Assembly: GCA_052389415.1 (NCBI GenBank)
Contig: JBQTHX010000055.1
Location: forward strand, 1 to 64,000
DNA length: 64,000 nt
Origin: Nitrosopumilaceae archaeon
Lineage (GTDB): Archaea > Thermoproteota > Nitrososphaeria > Nitrososphaerales > Nitrosopumilaceae
Reading direction: 5' to 3'
The position numbers and the translations under genes are program-made. Below, piece after piece: positions 59,302 through 64,000 of the stretch (positions within the stretch are counted from its first letter, which is position 1; each line of letters begins with the position of its first letter). Under the pieces are notes generated by a model that had not been told where the DNA came from, did no database searches, and saw only the letters and a list, made by a program, of their open reading frames with translations.

Positions 59302-59469
59302 ATGACTAAAGGCACAACATCAATGGGGGGCTATACCAAAAAGCATCCGCATATTAGGTGTAGGAGATGTGGAAAAAATTCTTTCCATGCACGACACAAG
59401 CGATGTGCTAGTTGTGGGTATCCTGATTCAAGAATTAGAAAATATACATGGATCAAATGGTATACATAA
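59302..59469 (+). CDS. rpl37e: Ribosomal protein eL37 (not in ORF track)
   Basis: Manual translation [10 protein letters not shown]...CRRCG...CASCGYP; conserved lsm-rpl37e linkage. Confidence 0.95.
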   Translation: MTKGTTSMGGYTKKHPHIRCRRCGKNSFHARHKRCASCGYPDSRIRKYTWIKWYT

Positions 59470-60381
59470 ATGCAAGAATTAGTACTTGTCCTTGGTTCCG
59501 TTGCTGGGGCCTGTACGGCGGTTGCAATAGATAAGATCCCAAGACGAAAACAAGAAAAATTTGTTGTTAGAGCAAATCCAGTAATAAAAAATCAAATTCA
59601 ATCATTGGAAATAGAAAAAGATATTCTTACTAAGACCATCTCTAGATTATATCAAAATGAATCGGAGCTTTCTAAAATTCAACGCGACAAGCTCTTACTT
59701 CGATATCAAAATCAACTTGGTCTTGTAATAGCAAGAATAGAAAAACTTGAAGCTGCAAGCAAGCATCCTGACATTGGACCATTAGGAGATGGCCTAGTTA
59801 CACTAATGGATCAAAAACTTTCTCAGCTAGATACAAGATTACATGAGATTTCCTCCAAGATATCAGCGGCCACAATTGTTACTCAAATGAAACAGCCAGA
59901 AGCAATCAAAGCCGTTGCAGAAAAACCCGAAATAAGAAAAATCATACCAAAGATTGAGCTACAAAAAGAAAAAATCTATTCTCCAATACCAGAATCTGAA
60001 ATTCCCAACACTGAGCATCGCAGGTCAGTAGAACTGATTACACTCACCGAAATTCCAAGCAAAGTACCAGAATTTCCTCTAAAACTTACACCGCTGAAAC
60101 CTGCAGAAGCAAATTCTGCTGTCTTGCAGAAGCAAATCAAAGATGAGATAATAACAAAGGATCACATAGAAATAGAAAAACCAAAAATTAGAGAAGTTGA
60201 ACAGATAGAAATACCAAAATCTGAACTCATCCAACCAACGGTAGAAAGGAAGATACAGATTCCACCAGTGGTAAAGATTCCAGAGGAAGAGAAGCTAGAA
60301 GACGATGACAAAGATATTGATAAGATAAAAAATGAAATAATGAAGGCCCTTTCTAAACTTGAGCAAGTAGAGGTAGAATAG
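59470..60381 (+). CDS. Membrane-anchored coiled-coil hypothetical protein
   Basis: N-terminal hydrophobic segment, coiled coil, Pro/Glu/Lys-rich linker, C-terminal helix. Confidence 0.75.
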   Translation: MQELVLVLGSVAGACTAVAIDKIPRRKQEKFVVRANPVIKNQIQSLEIEKDILTKTISRLYQNESELSKIQRDKLLLRYQNQLGLVIARIEKLEAASKHPDIGPLGDGLVTLMDQKLSQLDTRLHEISSKISAATIVTQMKQPEAIKAVAEKPEIRKIIPKIELQKEKIYSPIPESEIPNTEHRRSVELITLTEIPSKVPEFPLKLTPLKPAEANSAVLQKQIKDEIITKDHIEIEKPKIREVEQIEIPKSELIQPTVERKIQIPPVVKIPEEEKLEDDDKDIDKIKNEIMKALSKLEQVEVE

Positions 60382-61059
60382 TTGACTGTAGATGATGCCA
60401 TAAAGGCATTGTCAAATGAAGTATTAAACCTTGTAAACGATAATTATGTTCTAGGATTAGGAAGTGGAAGAGCAGCAACTGCACTAGTAAGATCACTTTC
60501 CATACATTTACACGAAAGAAATCTCAAAGTAAAAGCTGTACCAACATCATTACAAATCAAATTAGAAGCTGAAAAATGCGGTATCCCAATAATAGAAGCA
60601 GATCAAATTGAGCATGTTGATATTGTTTTTGATGGTGCAGATCAGATAGATGAAAAAAGAAACATGATAAAAGGTGGAGGTGGTGCACTCTTGCGGGAAA
60701 AAATTCTCATTAATATAGCAAAAAAAGTGATCATAATAGCAGACGAATCAAAATTTATGAAAAAACTAAATCGCAGTGTACCAATTGAGGTTCATCCTTT
60801 TGCTAGAAATATAGCGGCAAAGCAGATCCAAAAGTACGGAGGCAAATCCATTCTTCGTACAATAGAGCGTGGTTATCCATTTGTTACTGAGAATGGAAAT
60901 ATTATTTTAGACACTGATTTTGGCGAGATTATAGATCCGGAAGATTTGGCTGAAAAAATAATCCAGATTCCTGGAGTCATTGAAGTAGGCATCTTTACAA
61001 GAAAACCAGATATAATTTATAAAGTGAAAGAGAATGGGCAATTCGATGCTCTAAGCTAA
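60382..61059 (+). CDS. rpiA: Ribose-5-phosphate isomerase A
   Basis: GLGSG, DGAD, KGGGGALLREK. Confidence 0.95.
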   Translation: MTVDDAIKALSNEVLNLVNDNYVLGLGSGRAATALVRSLSIHLHERNLKVKAVPTSLQIKLEAEKCGIPIIEADQIEHVDIVFDGADQIDEKRNMIKGGGGALLREKILINIAKKVIIIADESKFMKKLNRSVPIEVHPFARNIAAKQIQKYGGKSILRTIERGYPFVTENGNIILDTDFGEIIDPEDLAEKIIQIPGVIEVGIFTRKPDIIYKVKENGQFDALS

Positions 61060-62445
61060 AACTGGTCTTGAAACAAATTTTCCGTATCCTTGTTTGCCAA
61101 TAACTTTGAAGTCTTCTGCAATGATTTGACCTCTTACAAGTGTCTTTACAGGCCATCCTTTTAGATTCCATCCATCAAAAACAGAATAATCAGAAAATCC
61201 ATCAAAAATGTGGTTTGAAACCTTTTTCTCTTTTTTTAGATCTACTAGGACAATGTCAGCATCGGATTGTTTTTGTATGACACCTTTCCTTGGAAACATT
61301 CCAAATATCTTTGAGGTTTTTAGACTAGTTAATTCTGCTAGCTGAGGTAACGAAATTTTGTTTCTGTTTATTCCTTCACTAATCAATATTGGCAACATGG
61401 TTCCCATGCCTGGGAAACCTGCCAATGCACCCCACACATTATCTCCCCCAATCTTCAATTTTAGTTGATTCGCAACATGATCTGTTCCTATTGAATCAAC
61501 AGAACCTGATATCACCTCTTTCCATATTGCATCAATGTCTTTCGAACTTCTAATAGGGGGCATTACTTTTGCAAGATATCCTTTCTGAGAATCAAATGAA
61601 AGTGTGAGATAGTGTGGACATGTCTCAACATGAATTTTTGTACCCTTCATTTTTTCATCATGTATGGCATTCATTGCTCCCTGTGAACCAATATGAGCAA
61701 AATATAATGTACAGCCGAATTTTTTTGCAATTCTTGAAACAGTTCTAATGGCCTTTATTTCAGAATCGACAGATCTACTTTCGGACCACGCACCTAAACC
61801 ATCCTTGTTTTTTTCTTTTGCCTCCCTTATTCCACATGAGCACATTTGGTAATCCTCGGCATGAACTAAAACAGGACAACCTAGAGTTGCAGCAGTTGAT
61901 ACTATTTTTTCGATCATTTCAGAATTTATTTCAATTTTTTCTTCATGTAGTGAGTTGGTTCCCGGCACCATATCCATGTAAACATGTCCTATGTCATCGC
62001 CAAGATTCATGTAAAGTTTGAATGAAGTAATTCCTTTTGTAGTACAATATTGCATTTCATTTATTTGATCTTTTTGTAAAATTGACGCATGTATTGTATA
62101 ATCAACAAAATGACTTTTTGCACTTTCATCAAGATGTAAATCAAGAAATTTTTTGTAAGAACCACCTAGTCTTAGCATTCTCATCATTGTTGTGATGCCA
62201 CCAACGGCAGCAACTCTTGATTCAGTGACTGCGGCTTTTTCGATGGGAGAATAAACTCCATAATGCACATGAGGATCTATTAATCCAGGAAGAGAGACCA
62301 GTCCTCTTGCGTTAATTTTTTCATCGCATTGGGGGAGTTCATTTGTCAGATTTACAATTTTGCCTTCGTCAATTACAATATTTTTTTCTATCACACCAGT
62401 TGGCAAAACTACATGTGAATCAATAATCACAGTGTCAAAAGTCAC
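61051..62445 (-). CDS. Cyclic amidohydrolase (dihydroorotase/allantoinase family)
   Basis: PGLIDPHVH, FKLYM, HAED, ETCPHYL, TDH. Confidence 0.85.
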   Translation of the reverse strand: MTFDTVIIDSHVVLPTGVIEKNIVIDEGKIVNLTNELPQCDEKINARGLVSLPGLIDPHVHYGVYSPIEKAAVTESRVAAVGGITTMMRMLRLGGSYKKFLDLHLDESAKSHFVDYTIHASILQKDQINEMQYCTTKGITSFKLYMNLGDDIGHVYMDMVPGTNSLHEEKIEINSEMIEKIVSTAATLGCPVLVHAEDYQMCSCGIREAKEKNKDGLGAWSESRSVDSEIKAIRTVSRIAKKFGCTLYFAHIGSQGAMNAIHDEKMKGTKIHVETCPHYLTLSFDSQKGYLAKVMPPIRSSKDIDAIWKEVISGSVDSIGTDHVANQLKLKIGGDNVWGALAGFPGMGTMLPILISEGINRNKISLPQLAELTSLKTSKIFGMFPRKGVIQKQSDADIVLVDLKKEKKVSNHIFDGFSDYSVFDGWNLKGWPVKTLVRGQIIAEDFKVIGKQGYGKFVSRPVLA

Positions 62446-62520
62446 TAGTAATTTTCTTTGAAAGCCAGTATTATTCTTTAGGTAAATGAATAAAACAGAG
62501 AAAGGTTCTCGGTATCAAAA

Positions 62521-62596
62521 GGGCCAGTAGTCTAGTGGTAGTGATGCCGCGTTCGCAACGCGGATGTCGGGGGTTCAAATCCCCCCTGGTCCACCA
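62521..62596 (+). tRNA. tRNA-Ala(CGC), CCA encoded
   Basis: GGGCCAG/CTGGTCC with G3:U70, CCGCG-TTCGCAA-CGCGG. Confidence 0.95.
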
Positions 62597-62636
62597 TTAT
62601 GGCGTTCATTTTATAGTTCCACAACTATAGTAATGC

Positions 62637-63917
62637 GTGAAAATACGCATCGAAGATCTTGATGAAGTAACCAGCGAACCAATCAAGCTCTTCTATGACG
62701 GGATAAAATCTAATGAGACCAGGGAAAAGTATACCAGAACTCTACGCAGAATCTTGTGTGATATTTTAGAGGATCTTTTACATGGCAGTTTTGAACAGCG
62801 TGCAGCAGAGCTTGTAAGAAAGGCAAAAGAAAATCCTGAATATGCTCTGAGTATTCTTCTTGCCATTTCAAGGAAGTTAAAACAAAGAACAGAATTACCA
62901 GAAACCAATCAAAATTATCTTAATCCTATATCTATTCCATCATATTTCAAACCAATCAAAAAGATCTTTGACATGAATGGTGTTGCTGTGGTCTGGAAAC
63001 GTGTTTATGCAACATTTCCGCAATACACCAACAAGACAAAGGGGAGAGGTTATTCTAGAGAAGAAATTGCAAAAGCATTGAATTTTACAAATGGATCCAT
63101 TGACAAGGCAATCATCTTGGTTGCTTGCAGCTCTGGGATCAGGGAAGGTGGATTCAAACTGAAATGGGAGGATCTGAAACCAGTTTACAAACTTGATGGA
63201 AAGCTCGTGTTTGATTTTACCGAATCAGAGAAGGAAAGAGCAGAAATTGTTTGTGCAATGATTTCGATTTATTCAGGAGATGAAGAAGAGTATCCTGCAT
63301 TCATCACACCTGAAGCATACAAGGCAATTGAAGATTACCGATCTAGTTGGATTAAGGATGTTGGAAGAGAACCAAAACCAACTGAGCCAATCTTCAAACA
63401 AGCTGGTGATTTACCATTGATGCTAAAGCCTACTGCTATTAAGGCAAGAGTAGAGCGTGTTCTAAAGGAAGCTGGAATAAGGATTCCACTCCAAAAGGGA
63501 AAACGTAGACATGATATTCCAGCCATGAATGGATTCAGACGATTCTTCAATAAGGCAAACAAGGAAACACTATCGAAGGATTCTCCTCTTGCAGCTTTGA
63601 TAAAGAAGGAATATCAGATGGGGCATGTTGGGTTGATCAAGCTTGATAGAAGCTATTTCCAATCCCACGTCTTCGAACTTGTTGAGGAATATGTCAATGC
63701 TGTTCCTAATCTTACAATATCTGATGAAGAGCGAATAAAGGCAGAAAATGTAAGGTTAAAGAAGGAAAAATCTGAACTTGAAAAGAAAAATCTTGAAATC
63801 GAACAACTAAAACTTGAACAAACGAAGATTCTAGAGGATCTCAGGAAAGTAAAGAAAAGACAGGAAAGATCTGAGAAATATCTTTTAAAACATGAACCGC
63901 TAGAATTTCATGATTAA
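62637..63917 (+). CDS. Tyrosine recombinase / integrase
   Basis: SGIRE, NGFRRFF, MGH, DRSY; C-terminal coiled coil; 40 bp from the tRNA 3' end. Confidence 0.9.
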   Translation: MKIRIEDLDEVTSEPIKLFYDGIKSNETREKYTRTLRRILCDILEDLLHGSFEQRAAELVRKAKENPEYALSILLAISRKLKQRTELPETNQNYLNPISIPSYFKPIKKIFDMNGVAVVWKRVYATFPQYTNKTKGRGYSREEIAKALNFTNGSIDKAIILVACSSGIREGGFKLKWEDLKPVYKLDGKLVFDFTESEKERAEIVCAMISIYSGDEEEYPAFITPEAYKAIEDYRSSWIKDVGREPKPTEPIFKQAGDLPLMLKPTAIKARVERVLKEAGIRIPLQKGKRRHDIPAMNGFRRFFNKANKETLSKDSPLAALIKKEYQMGHVGLIKLDRSYFQSHVFELVEEYVNAVPNLTISDEERIKAENVRLKKEKSELEKKNLEIEQLKLEQTKILEDLRKVKKRQERSEKYLLKHEPLEFHD

Positions 63918-64000
63918 TACTCTGCCTTTACAACTCTTCTCGAGTTTGGTTTTCCTGGAAGGTTCAGGAACCATTTGGCGTTTGATAGTAGTTCTAAAGT
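63914..64000 (-). CDS. 3' end of a convergent ORF (partial, runs off the window)
   Basis: Open frame ...TLELLSNAKWFLNLPGKPNSRRVVKAEY* overlapping the integrase stop. Confidence 0.3.
   Translation of the reverse strand, partial: TLELLSNAKWFLNLPGKPNSRRVVKAEY

Larger units (their letters stand above)
62597..64000. mobile_element. Left end of a second putative integrated element at tRNA-Ala(CGC)
   Basis: Integrase directly downstream of the tRNA; distal att not seen in the window. Confidence 0.6.

Noticed and set aside
1-64000. CRISPR array, rRNA, IS transposase or amo genes
   Set aside because: No regularly spaced repeats, no long GC-rich RNA gene and no matching ORFs seen

Overview
AT-rich archaeal chromosomal segment whose gene content and order point to an ammonia-oxidizing archaeon (Nitrososphaerota/Thaumarchaeota, Nitrosopumilales-like; assigned from recalled gene families, not a database search). 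The core content is an 11-subunit complex I operon (nuoABCDHIJKMLN, no nuoEFG), the acetyl/propionyl-CoA carboxylase of the 3HP/4HB carbon-fixation cycle, sdhACDB, replication genes (rfcL, GINS-MCM-Hel308, rfcS), translation genes and seven tRNAs, including a tRNA-Asp with a 31-nt D-loop intron. Two tyrosine-recombinase elements sit at tRNA-Ala genes. One is a complete ~6.7-kb element (27691-34448) bounded by a 14-bp att repeat and carrying modular cell-surface genes, two of which share a 27-bp promoter repeat. The second starts at 62.6 kb and runs off the window. The most notable observations are: (1) a hypothetical gene (17304-18422) that aligns by eye as a degenerate class-I prenyltransferase; (2) a box C/D-type k-turn motif ahead of the integrase, alongside the canonical autoregulatory k-turn on rpl7ae; (3) five GATC sites packed into the divergent GINS-MCM/rfcS promoter; (4) a 46-aa Cys/His protein missed by the ORF track upstream of nuoA; (5) tandem Zfx-type ferredoxins that have lost different Zn ligands. 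All calls come from reading the sequence; no searches were run.
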